Assembly: GCA_965204575.1 (NCBI GenBank)
Contig: OZ241993.1
Span: forward strand, 352,001-416,000
Source of the DNA: an uncultured candidatus Porisulfidus sp.
GTDB taxonomy: Bacteria > Pseudomonadota > Gammaproteobacteria > Poriferisulfidales > Poriferisulfidaceae
DNA length: 64,000 nt
Reading direction: 5' to 3'
The notes beneath the pieces were generated by a model, which saw nothing but the letters and a program-made list of their open reading frames with translations, was not told the origin of the DNA and did not search any database. Each line of letters starts with the position of its first letter. The stretch's first letter is position 1. Positions 10,291 through 19,075 of the stretch are shown here, one piece after another. The translations under genes and the position numbers were made by a program.

Positions 10291-11459
10291 TTGAATGCGG
10301 CATTAATGTCCGCATTCCTCACGTATCCGCATGATACGCATTCGAATTTGGCTTGAATCAGACGGCTTGCCTTCGCCACATGACCACATCGATGGCAACG
10401 CTGGCTAGTATAGGCGGGGTTCACCGCCTGCACCCGGCATGCCTTGTATTCCAGTATCCAGCGCAACCGACCCCACCCGCTAGCCGCGATCTCTCGGTTT
10501 AGAGCCGACTTTGCCATCACATGCTTGCCCGGCTTCTCCACCGTGCCCTTGGCCGACTTCATCAGGTTCTTGATGTCCAAGTCTTCTAGGCAGACCGTTC
10601 CAAAACGCTCTGTTAGGTCATGGCTAAGTTGGTGCCTCCAATTGTCACGAATATTAGCGATCTTTCGGTACAACTTCGCCACGGTTCGCTGTTCCCTCTC
10701 GCGACGTCTTGAATTTACTTTGATAATGTCTCCTTTCCGAGTTCGCCTCGGGGCTCCGTCCGCATCTATTAGCGGCACCCGCTGGCGGCGGCTCATCTTA
10801 CGCTTATGCCGCTTTAGCTTGGTTTCAAGGACGGAGACGTCAGGCATAAAAATTTGTTCGTGTTCCGTGGTTGCCACGTTCCATTTACCCTTGTCCAAAC
10901 CGACGGCCTTGCCGTTATCCTCCGGTTCCATGTCCGGAATCTCCCAGAAAACTGACACGTACCACTTCCCGTTCGGACGTTTCGTCACCACCGCCTGCTT
11001 GGCCTTGCCGTATGCCCACGGACCGCCACCCCGGCGGCTGATCGGCATCCAGCCAACCTTCGGAACACACAACCGGCCATTCTGAACCCGTACGTTCTGC
11101 GGAATGGTAAACGAATCACCATCTTCTTTGTGCTTAAACCGAGGAAAACCACGCTTACCTTTCCTTGCCTCTTTTATGGCATCCGCATACCGCTTCAGTA
11201 CGTACCGAACCTCATGGAATGGCAGTTCTTTCAGCCATTCATGGTCTGCGCTGTTGCGCAGTTTCGTGAATTCCAGACCCAGATTGAAAAAAGTGGGCGA
11301 TGGCTTTTCACCCTTGCCCTCTTCGTAGGCTTTCATTGCGTCCCGATTCTGTCCGACCGCCCAGTTCCAGATGTAGCGGTTCGCCCCCGCGATGCCGGAT
11401 AGCCTCTGCGCCCGGCGTAAGGTGCCCGGATACAGGCGATAGACTGACGAGCGAATCAT
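10146..11459 (-). CDS. tnpB: TnpB RNA-guided endonuclease (IS200/IS605 family)
   Basis: YRLYP N-terminus; RuvC D (VGLDKG), E (CLEDL), D (NADINAA); zinc finger CHRC...CVSC; ATG at 11459 inferred. Confidence 0.93.
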   Translation of the reverse strand: MIRSSVYRLYPGTLRRAQRLSGIAGANRYIWNWAVGQNRDAMKAYEEGKGEKPSPTFFNLGLEFTKLRNSADHEWLKELPFHEVRYVLKRYADAIKEARKGKRGFPRFKHKEDGDSFTIPQNVRVQNGRLCVPKVGWMPISRRGGGPWAYGKAKQAVVTKRPNGKWYVSVFWEIPDMEPEDNGKAVGLDKGKWNVATTEHEQIFMPDVSVLETKLKRHKRKMSRRQRVPLIDADGAPRRTRKGDIIKVNSRRREREQRTVAKLYRKIANIRDNWRHQLSHDLTERFGTVCLEDLDIKNLMKSAKGTVEKPGKHVMAKSALNREIAASGWGRLRWILEYKACRVQAVNPAYTSQRCHRCGHVAKASRLIQAKFECVSCGYVRNADINAAFNILALGTGAAGQGGAFASVRAGPSGATLSSDPGDLSMDIQSLLADYCV

Positions 11460-11565
11460 GAGTGGATTTTGCCATGCCGAAAGCCAGTTCGGCCCAAGTA
11501 AAGATAAATCATTAAATATGAAAGAACTTTCATGGGTAATGTGGGCTATTGGATATACCCCCCAG

Positions 11566-12447
11566 TTATTCCGCACCCAAGGGGAAATTCAGGGCTTCGC
11601 GCGAAGCGTAGTAGGCTTCTGCGATTTTCTGCGCCCGGCCACGGATGCGCAAAATGTACTTCTGGCGTTCCGTGACGGAAATCGCATGCCGCGCGTCCAA
11701 TAGGTTGAAGAGATGCGAGCACCAGACCAGTTGCTCGTAGGCCGGCAATGGAAGATTCTCTTCGATCAGCCGGTCACATTCCTCCTCTATCTCGTCGAAC
11801 TGGCGAGACAGTTTCTCCGTGTCGGCTTGTTCGAAATTGTAAGCCGATTGTTCGACTTCATTCTGGTGGAATAGCTGCCCGTATGAGATTTCAGCAGCCT
11901 CCTCGCCACCCCAAACCAAGTCGAAGACGCTGTCCGTTTCCTGCAGGAACATCGCAATCCGTTCTATGCCATAGGTCAATTCGCCGAGCGTCGGACGGCA
12001 TTCCAGCCCTCCTGCCTGCTGAAAATACGTGAACTGGCTGATTTCCATGCCATTGAGTTGCACTTCCCAGCCTAGGCCCCACGCCCCTAGCGTCGGGGAT
12101 TCCCAGTCGTCTTCCACAAAGCGGACATCATTCTTGTCCAGAGCGATGCCGAGTTCCTCCAAAGATTGCAGGTACAGATCCTGGATATCGTCCGGCGAGG
12201 GTTTGAGCGCGGCTTGGAACTGATAATAACGCTGAAGGCGGTTCGGGTTTTCTCCGTAACGCCCGTCCGTCGGGCGCCGACACGGTTGCGCGAACGCACA
12301 CCGCCATGGTTCCGGGCCGATTGCCCGCAGAAAAGTTTCCGGGTGGAAGGTTGCTGCGCCGATTGGCAGGTCATGCGCAGGCAGGATCACGCAGCCCTGC
12401 GCCGCCCAAAATTCTTCCAGTCGACGTATGAGGTTCTGTACAGTCAT
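11566..12447 (-). CDS. glyQ: Glycine-tRNA ligase alpha subunit
   Basis: [49 protein letters not shown]. Confidence 0.98.
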   Translation of the reverse strand: MTVQNLIRRLEEFWAAQGCVILPAHDLPIGAATFHPETFLRAIGPEPWRCAFAQPCRRPTDGRYGENPNRLQRYYQFQAALKPSPDDIQDLYLQSLEELGIALDKNDVRFVEDDWESPTLGAWGLGWEVQLNGMEISQFTYFQQAGGLECRPTLGELTYGIERIAMFLQETDSVFDLVWGGEEAAEISYGQLFHQNEVEQSAYNFEQADTEKLSRQFDEIEEECDRLIEENLPLPAYEQLVWCSHLFNLLDARHAISVTERQKYILRIRGRAQKIAEAYYASREALNFPLGAE

Positions 12448-12464
12448 GGGCTTGACGGTTCGAT

Positions 12465-15400
12465 TCAGGAAAACCGGCTGCGGATAAATTCTTGAGTATC
12501 TGCCAAAGAGAGTTTAACAGTCGTCGGACCGTTGCGCACAAAAAAATCCCCTCCCTCTGCCGTCTCAATTCCCTTCCAATCAAGAAAGACGGGGTCAGGG
12601 CTCCGACGGCAACTCACCATGCAGACACTTTTGCCATCCACGATCTGTACTTTAGGGTCTATGCAAGTTCCGGCACGCGGGCCGAGACTATTTTGTACGC
12701 ATTGCATCAGATGGCGCATGAATTTATCGTCGTTCTCAAGTTGATCCTTTTCAATACCGACGATGGAGCCATCATCGGCGACTCCAATCAAGAGATCGCC
12801 ACCTTCGGTATTCAAAAAAGCTGCAATCGTCTTCAGCGCAGCATGAGTTACACCTTTATCATCCTTACGGTCTTCCTTCAAGTTCCAGCGCAGTGTCGAT
12901 TTGAATTCCAGAGTCTGGGATTCTCCCTGCTCGATTAATTCTTTCGCGCTACGCCGACCGCGAAGGTATTGGTCGAAGAGGTAGTTTTTTACCGCATCTC
13001 CAAAGATTTGATCGTCGGTGATTCGCTTGTACAGGTCGAAATTGGAGTCGACGATATCCTCAATAGCTTCTTCAACTTTTCGATCAAAAGCCAAGCGTAC
13101 ATTTTCTCGCGTGCTCACACGAGCGGAAGCGTCAAGGGCCACGTCCCCTTCCAACCTTTCCATCATCTGGCCGAGAGTGGCACAGTGTTCGGAACCCAAT
13201 TCCGTGCCGAAGCGTTCGTTCAGTTCGAAGATGATCTTCGACAGCATTTCCAGTTCTTCGGGCATAGGGCCATACGGTTCCTCATCGGTGACAGGATCCA
13301 ATCTCCCTGGCCCCCGGTCTAGTTCAATAGCGCCGCTCCCCGTCTCCCGGACCCGATAGGATTCCATATCAATATGCTGCCGTACGTCGAAAGGAAGATC
13401 ATCCCGATCGATGGGCAGCAACGGACACAAACACCGTGCAAAAACATAGAGCTTCTCTAGATCGGGATCGGCGAAAGTCAGTACTTGTGCAAGAAATGCG
13501 TAAAGCCGTATGTAACGAGTCAGTTCTTTCCGGAATTTGTCTTGTTCGTCTTCATCAAGTTCGCAAAAGCGATCTACTGAAGGTGCCAATGCAGCATAAA
13601 GCTGGTCTTGGGTGGGCTGGAGCCCAAAATAAATCTTGGAAAAAGCGTCAATATCTGCGGATGCGTAGACCGGATAGTTGCCAAGGCGCGTTTGCACTTG
13701 GTACAGGAGGTTGGGATCGGTCTCCTCCGATAGCAAAGTTGTTTCGTAATAGGGGTCGAAAGCGGCCTTGATTTCGTCGGCCTCGTTGGCGAAGTCGAGT
13801 ACTAGAGTTTCTGTCTTACCAGGATGGGTACGGTTGAGCCGGGAAAGTGTCTGCACAGCATTCACGCCGCCAAGTTTCTTATCGACGTACATCGTATGGA
13901 GAAGCGGCTGGTCAAACCCGGTCTGGAATTTGTTCGCGACGATCAAGAAACGATACTCCGGCGTATCGAATGTCCCAGCAGTCTGTGCTTCCGACTGTCC
14001 GTTCATGCCGGACTCCGTGTAGGACTGGCCACCGTCCCCAACTGTGCCTGAAAAAGCAACCAAGGCTTTGAAGGGATGGCCCTGCTCGGCGAGATGGCGG
14101 TCCATGGCCAACTTGTAGCGCACCGCGTGCAGGCGTGAACGGGTGACGATCATCGCCTTTGCCTGATTTCTGATCTTATCCTGTACCTGACCCATGAAGT
14201 GCTCGACCATGATGCGTACTTTCGTGTCAATAGCATGCGGATGGAGATCAACATAGGATTTCAGAAGACAGGCGGCTTTCTTTTTGTCATAGCGCGGATC
14301 GCTTTCGACCGTTTTCCAGAGTCGCCAGTAAGCCTTGCAAGTTGCGTAATTTGACAGGACATCCAAGATGAAGCCCTCCTCAATGGCTTGACGCATGGTG
14401 TAGTCGTGGAATGGCTTGAATGTGCCATCTGCATGCTTTGTCCCGAACAATTCCAGTGTCTTGGCCTTGGGGGTCGCTGTGAAAGCGAAGATTGAGAGAT
14501 TGGATTGCCGACCGCGACTCTGTATCTCGGCCAGAATAGTGTTTTCCAATTCTTCTTCCGGGGTTTCCGCCTGAATCTCTTCTTTTTCGGCCTCTTCCAG
14601 CGAGGCTGATGAAAGCGTTGCCTTCAGGCTTTTGCTCGACTCGCCCGACTGCGAAGAATGAGCCTCATCAATGATTAGGGCAAACCGCTTTCCCTGCAGG
14701 TCACCAACTTCAGCAGAAATGACCGGGAATTTCTGAAGCGTGGTGACAATGATTGTCTTGCCGGATTCAAGCGCGTCCTTGAGTTGGCGCGAAGTGGTAT
14801 TAATGTTCTCTACCACACCCAATGTTTGCTCGAACTGCCGTATGTTTTCCTGAAGCTGACGGTCCAGTACGCGGCGGTCGGTAATTACGATGATGGAATC
14901 GAAAATGCGTCGGTCGTCGGCACCATGTAGCGAAGACAATTGATGGGCCAACCAAGCAATGGTGAAACTCTTGCCGCTACCGGCCGAATGCTGGATTAGG
15001 TAGTGTTGCCCCGCCCCATTTTCGTGGGCATCGCATACGAGACGGCGCACGCAATCAAGTTGCTGGTAGCGAGGAAAAATCAGGATTTGCCTGCCAACTA
15101 TTCCTCCATTGCCGTTTTTCTTCTTGAGTTGGTGGATGAATCGTTGGATCAAGTCCAGCACACTGTCGCGTGACCAAGTCTCTTGCCAGAGATAGGCAGT
15201 AGCGTAGCCAGTTTGGGTCGGAGGCACGGGAGGATTCCCGGCCCCGCCGTATTTGCCTTGATTAAAAGGCAGGAAACGTGTTTTGTTCTTGTTCAGACGG
15301 GTCGTGACGTAGACCAAGTACGGGTCAACCGCGAAATGCGCGAGACACCGGCCACTGGCGAACAAGGGTTCCCGCGGGTCACGATCCTTTCTGTATTGCC

Positions 15401-15932
15401 GGATCGCATCCTTAACGGTCTGCCCGGTCAGTGGATTCTTGAGTTCGGCAGTAAAGATTGGAATGCCGTTCAGAAATAGTACTAGGTCCAGACTGTTCTC
15501 ATTCTTGACGCTGTATCGCAACTGGCGCACTACCGAAAATAGGTTTGCTCTGTAGAGACGTTGAGTTTCCTCGTTGAGCCCGCTCGCCGGGCGGAAGTAG
15601 GCCAACCAGAACTGGCATCCCATATCTTTTACGCCATGCCGCAGAACATCAAGTGTGCCGCGTCTCTTGATCTCGCCCGCCAAACGTTCCAGAAACCGCT
15701 CTTCAACTTCTATGCCGTAACGTTGCGAGAGCTTTTCCCATTCCTCGGCCTGGGTTGCTTTCAAGAAGCCCAAGGCATCGTCGCGTAGGAGACATGATTC
15801 TCGGTCGTAATCCTCTGGATGCCGTTTGTGATAACCACCGGGTCTCATTTCCTGACCATTATCAGAACCATCTTGAATCAAGGCCGCCTCAATCGCACCC
15901 TCGAAAGCGCGCTCAGAAACAACTATGTTCAT
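12465..15932 (-). CDS. hsdR: Type I restriction subunit R with a C-terminal Schlafen/AlbA_2 domain
   Basis: [15 protein letters not shown] nuclease motif, QHSAGSGKS Walker [18 protein letters not shown]; last ~160 aa contain GESQTLEFK...[20 protein letters not shown]...FFVRNG. Confidence 0.93.
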   Translation of the reverse strand: MNIVVSERAFEGAIEAALIQDGSDNGQEMRPGGYHKRHPEDYDRESCLLRDDALGFLKATQAEEWEKLSQRYGIEVEERFLERLAGEIKRRGTLDVLRHGVKDMGCQFWLAYFRPASGLNEETQRLYRANLFSVVRQLRYSVKNENSLDLVLFLNGIPIFTAELKNPLTGQTVKDAIRQYRKDRDPREPLFASGRCLAHFAVDPYLVYVTTRLNKNKTRFLPFNQGKYGGAGNPPVPPTQTGYATAYLWQETWSRDSVLDLIQRFIHQLKKKNGNGGIVGRQILIFPRYQQLDCVRRLVCDAHENGAGQHYLIQHSAGSGKSFTIAWLAHQLSSLHGADDRRIFDSIIVITDRRVLDRQLQENIRQFEQTLGVVENINTTSRQLKDALESGKTIIVTTLQKFPVISAEVGDLQGKRFALIIDEAHSSQSGESSKSLKATLSSASLEEAEKEEIQAETPEEELENTILAEIQSRGRQSNLSIFAFTATPKAKTLELFGTKHADGTFKPFHDYTMRQAIEEGFILDVLSNYATCKAYWRLWKTVESDPRYDKKKAACLLKSYVDLHPHAIDTKVRIMVEHFMGQVQDKIRNQAKAMIVTRSRLHAVRYKLAMDRHLAEQGHPFKALVAFSGTVGDGGQSYTESGMNGQSEAQTAGTFDTPEYRFLIVANKFQTGFDQPLLHTMYVDKKLGGVNAVQTLSRLNRTHPGKTETLVLDFANEADEIKAAFDPYYETTLLSEETDPNLLYQVQTRLGNYPVYASADIDAFSKIYFGLQPTQDQLYAALAPSVDRFCELDEDEQDKFRKELTRYIRLYAFLAQVLTFADPDLEKLYVFARCLCPLLPIDRDDLPFDVRQHIDMESYRVRETGSGAIELDRGPGRLDPVTDEEPYGPMPEELEMLSKIIFELNERFGTELGSEHCATLGQMMERLEGDVALDASARVSTRENVRLAFDRKVEEAIEDIVDSNFDLYKRITDDQIFGDAVKNYLFDQYLRGRRSAKELIEQGESQTLEFKSTLRWNLKEDRKDDKGVTHAALKTIAAFLNTEGGDLLIGVADDGSIVGIEKDQLENDDKFMRHLMQCVQNSLGPRAGTCIDPKVQIVDGKSVCMVSCRRSPDPVFLDWKGIETAEGGDFFVRNGPTTVKLSLADTQEFIRSRFS

Positions 15933-15971
15933 GGTGTGATACGGGGAATCTGCGCTGGTCGACTTGGCGCT

Positions 15972-17369
15972 TTACGCAGTAGAGACAGAGGTTTGTCGAA
16001 TGTCTATTTTACCGGTCACGGCGGCGGAAATGAGCGCAGAACGTAATTCTTTCTGTAGTTTTACGACCTGATGAATTTTGGCAATAAGACCATCGATTTT
16101 TGCTATCTCGCAGTCGAGAAAAGCCATAATTTCTCTTTGTTCGCGATAAGGTGGAATAGAAATACTCATATTTGCATATCGCTCTGCGCTTACATTTTGG
16201 ATTGTAGTTTGAATACAACTGCTGAGAAGCCAAAGTTTGTAAGCTCGGGATTGAGTAAAGTAGTCAATAAAAGCTGGTTCTGTTTCCTCATTGAATCGTG
16301 CACGAATAAGATATCCGGCAAATGCCGCCCTACCCCAACTTGAGTCATACCGAAAAGTCATACCAATAGAACCACTCCGAGCAAACAACATGTCACCTGG
16401 AACAAGTAGGTAGGGGTGGGCAAGATTCTCTGGAATAGATTTGAAACTGTCATCTCTCAGTGTCCCATTTTCCTGAATATCTGTAATTCGAATGTAGCGA
16501 GGAAAATCAGGATTGGTGCAATCTGCGGGTTCGTTGGCCCCATACTTCAGAGCTTCTGCAAGCAATCTCTTCAATCGCTTCACCTCCCAATGCTCTGGAA
16601 TCTCGCCTAGCCATTCAATGCCGGAATCTTTCATCGGGACATTGGGATCAAGACCCTTGGTGACAGCATGGCTAATAAGGGCAACACGCCTTTCTTGAAG
16701 CAGATCAATCAATCGCTCCTGCTTTTCAACTAGCATGTCGATTTTTACTGTCTCGCGATCTAGAAAAGTAGTGATGGCTCGTTGTTCGGGTAGCGGAGGC
16801 AAAGCTATTGCCATTCCTTCGATAATTTTGCCGCTAAGATTTGCTAGACCAGTTGTCGTGCCCGCTAGATAGTCAAGATATCTACGCCTCCCATTAAAAA
16901 AACGCCAAAGAAACCGTGGAAATGTATTTTCCTTGACACGAAGTCGCTGCATAAAGTTTGAAAAGCAACAATCCAAGTCTGCCACTTCTTCCGAAACAAT
17001 TGTTGTCTTCCCTATATGCAAAGCAGAGCCACTTGACGTTGTAATCAACAGGTCACCTTCTTCAAGGCGATAGGATGCATGCTCCAATGCTGTAAGTCTT
17101 CTTTTTGCAGGTGTTGAAATATCCCATTCTCCGCTAACCGTCTGTTCAGTCGAACGAAGGACGATCACACCCTCATCATCAAAATCGCTTCCCCATACAC
17201 CACTATCATTTTCTAACAATAACCGTTTTATGCGCGTAACTGCCCAATGCGTCGGAATCTCCCCTAACCACTCAATACCGGAATCCTTATACGCCGGATA
17301 CGGTACATAGCCCCTCTCGTTCAAAGGAGGTTCAGAATGATCCGTCCGAGCACTATTAGACTGATGCAT
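15972..17369 (-). CDS. hsdS: Type I restriction specificity subunit
   Basis: Two repeats of KDSGIEWLGEIP.HW, PPLPEQ and PPYREQ, ALISAAVTGKID; lower GC in the target-recognition domains. Confidence 0.95.
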   Translation of the reverse strand: MHQSNSARTDHSEPPLNERGYVPYPAYKDSGIEWLGEIPTHWAVTRIKRLLLENDSGVWGSDFDDEGVIVLRSTEQTVSGEWDISTPAKRRLTALEHASYRLEEGDLLITTSSGSALHIGKTTIVSEEVADLDCCFSNFMQRLRVKENTFPRFLWRFFNGRRRYLDYLAGTTTGLANLSGKIIEGMAIALPPLPEQRAITTFLDRETVKIDMLVEKQERLIDLLQERRVALISHAVTKGLDPNVPMKDSGIEWLGEIPEHWEVKRLKRLLAEALKYGANEPADCTNPDFPRYIRITDIQENGTLRDDSFKSIPENLAHPYLLVPGDMLFARSGSIGMTFRYDSSWGRAAFAGYLIRARFNEETEPAFIDYFTQSRAYKLWLLSSCIQTTIQNVSAERYANMSISIPPYREQREIMAFLDCEIAKIDGLIAKIHQVVKLQKELRSALISAAVTGKIDIRQTSVSTA

Positions 17370-17446
17370 TATTCATTCGGCTAGAAGCCAGAACCATCCA
17401 CAGACATTCCAACCCCGCACACAGAACACCAAACAGCAGGGTCTAG

Positions 17447-17995
17447 CTATATGTTCGGCGATGGAGGATAGGGTGGTGGAGTTTGATGCAGCCGGACTTG
17501 AATGGGGGTTCTCCCATGCAATACGTCTATAAGACCACGGCGTGCGAGTTGTTGCTCCCATTCGGCATCAGCCCACCCTTGTGGAACGTAATTCCCCCTG
17601 AGGATTTCGAGTTGCGCGATCTTGATTCCCAGTACCTTTGCCATTTCATCAATCAGCGTGGTCAAGAGCGTATTACGCTTTTGTATAGCTCGGTCATATT
17701 GGGCTTTCTCTTCTATAGGCGGCAATTCCTCACCCAAATGCGCCAAGTACTCTTTCCAAGAAGATACTACGCGTGGGCAGTCCCTGAATTCAAGCTCTAC
17801 GAGATTTAATGCTCCGACGTGCTCAGGGCTGATTTGCATGCTTCTCGTCTGCATTAGCGTGCGAAAAACATCTAGCTTGCGTTGCTTGTCGGCACGGATC
17901 TTGTCTAGACATTGAGACGCCATAATGGCAGCGACCGGACCCAACAGAATTGCTGCGATGGTAATCCATGGTAGCCAGGACGCAGTAGCGGTCAT
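17447..17995 (-). CDS. DUF6680-like protein with an N-terminal TM helix
   Basis: AILLGPVAA...KLDVFRTLMQTR...HVGALNLVELEF...YVPQGW pattern recalled for this family. Confidence 0.6.
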   Translation of the reverse strand: MTATASWLPWITIAAILLGPVAAIMASQCLDKIRADKQRKLDVFRTLMQTRSMQISPEHVGALNLVELEFRDCPRVVSSWKEYLAHLGEELPPIEEKAQYDRAIQKRNTLLTTLIDEMAKVLGIKIAQLEILRGNYVPQGWADAEWEQQLARRGLIDVLHGRTPIQVRLHQTPPPYPPSPNI

Positions 17996-18333
17996 AAAGC
18001 ATCCCGCAATTTTTTGAATATTACGTTAACCGGGCCTGTCGGAGTCCGGATGCCGATTGAATTTCCACGACCGAAATTTCGCGGCAGTGTCGCAGTGATT
18101 TTTTGCATTAAATCATCCCCTTTCTCGACTAACTTTCCCGTAACCAGCCAAGTTCCAGGGAGAGATTTCAACGTCACGGAAATATCGACATTGCCATCTT
18201 CGGCAGCCTCGTAAGTTCCGTCCAAAAGCCCTCCTACAGCATCTGCCCCAGCGATGATGCCATCTTTCATGGTGAGTACGGCATGGCCGGAGCCTGCTGT
18301 CCCTGTGTAGTACATTGCATAAATGCCATCCAT
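17992..18333 (-). CDS. GrlR-like beta-barrel protein
   Basis: MDGIYAMYY...GSGHAVL...DGIIAGAD...GTY resembles the GrlR family N-terminus; the ORF could extend to 18417. Confidence 0.55.
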   Translation of the reverse strand: MDGIYAMYYTGTAGSGHAVLTMKDGIIAGADAVGGLLDGTYEAAEDGNVDISVTLKSLPGTWLVTGKLVEKGDDLMQKITATLPRNFGRGNSIGIRTPTGPVNVIFKKLRDAL

Positions 18334-18395
18334 GATTGTGTTCCGGTTGCATGCGGTAGAAAAATTGTAGCCCAAATCCATTGTCTTAACATCCT

Positions 18396-19022
18396 TCACC
18401 GAAGTGCGTCTACCCATCCGAATGCATCAATGTAGGGAGAAATAATCGTCCGCACCCGACAGACTTCGGCGGCACGTTCGATCTCGTCCACCGATACGAC
18501 CCGGTAACGAATGGCTTCGTACAGTGCCTCCAGCGCGACATCGAGACCACATTTCCTGCGGTAACGGAAACAGTCGACAATCGTCCGGGCTGGCGAGGTG
18601 ATGCGGAAAGGCACGCCTTGCGCCACGCGGCGCTCCACTCCGTATGTCAGCATCGCACCTGAAAACCGGACGATGCGGGACTGAACCGGAGGATTGCGCG
18701 GTATCCGGGCCTTTCGATCTATGGCAAACCATATTCGATGCGGCGACTGAGTGCCGATTTCATGAATTGAAAGCGCCGACATCAGGCATATGATCGCATT
18801 GGGAATCGCCGCTGAAAGCATGGCATAGGATTCAAGTTCCAGAGCCTTGACCTCGGAGTCGGGAAACCGGTAAAGACCTCGTCCATATTTCTCGACGAAT
18901 CCCTCGGACACCAGACTCCCGAGCCGTCTGGGATGAATCCCGAGCGATGCGGCATCCCGGGCACGAAAAAAGGCTCCTAGGTCTGCGCTCCGCAGCGTCT
19001 GAAAATCGGTCATGCTGGACAT
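18396..19022 (-). CDS. AbiEi-family (type IV TA) antitoxin / transcriptional regulator
   Basis: GRGLYR winged helix, ICLMSALSIHEIGTQSP, TSPARTIVDCFRYRRKCGLDVALEAL. Confidence 0.88.
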   Translation of the reverse strand: MSSMTDFQTLRSADLGAFFRARDAASLGIHPRRLGSLVSEGFVEKYGRGLYRFPDSEVKALELESYAMLSAAIPNAIICLMSALSIHEIGTQSPHRIWFAIDRKARIPRNPPVQSRIVRFSGAMLTYGVERRVAQGVPFRITSPARTIVDCFRYRRKCGLDVALEALYEAIRYRVVSVDEIERAAEVCRVRTIISPYIDAFGWVDALR

Positions 19023-19030
19023 GACGCAAT

Positions 19031-19074
19031 TATATACTGTTTAAAATGTCGGCATTTATTTTTAAGTGTATATA
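19031..19074. promoter_or_regulatory. Inverted repeat upstream of abiEi, probable operator
   Basis: AAATG-TCGG-CATTT (19044-19057) nested inside TATATAC...GTATATA; AbiEi proteins autoregulate through inverted repeats. Confidence 0.55.
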
Positions 19075-19075
19075 T

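Larger units (their letters stand above)
10146..11565 (-). mobile_element. Non-autonomous tnpB-only element inserted between glyQ and glyS
   Basis: tnpB without tnpA interrupts the normally adjacent glyQ-glyS pair; ATAA (minus strand) occurs at both junctions, 10146-10149 and 11566-11569; exact ends uncertain. Confidence 0.8.

Noticed and set aside
10146-11459. TnpB copies as nuclease-dead TldR-type regulators
   Set aside because: All three RuvC acidic residues are present in both copies
11460-11565. IStron (group I intron plus IS) explaining tolerance inside glyQS
   Set aside because: Only about 100 bp (element 1) and 65 bp (element 2) lie upstream of tnpB, too short for a group I intron core
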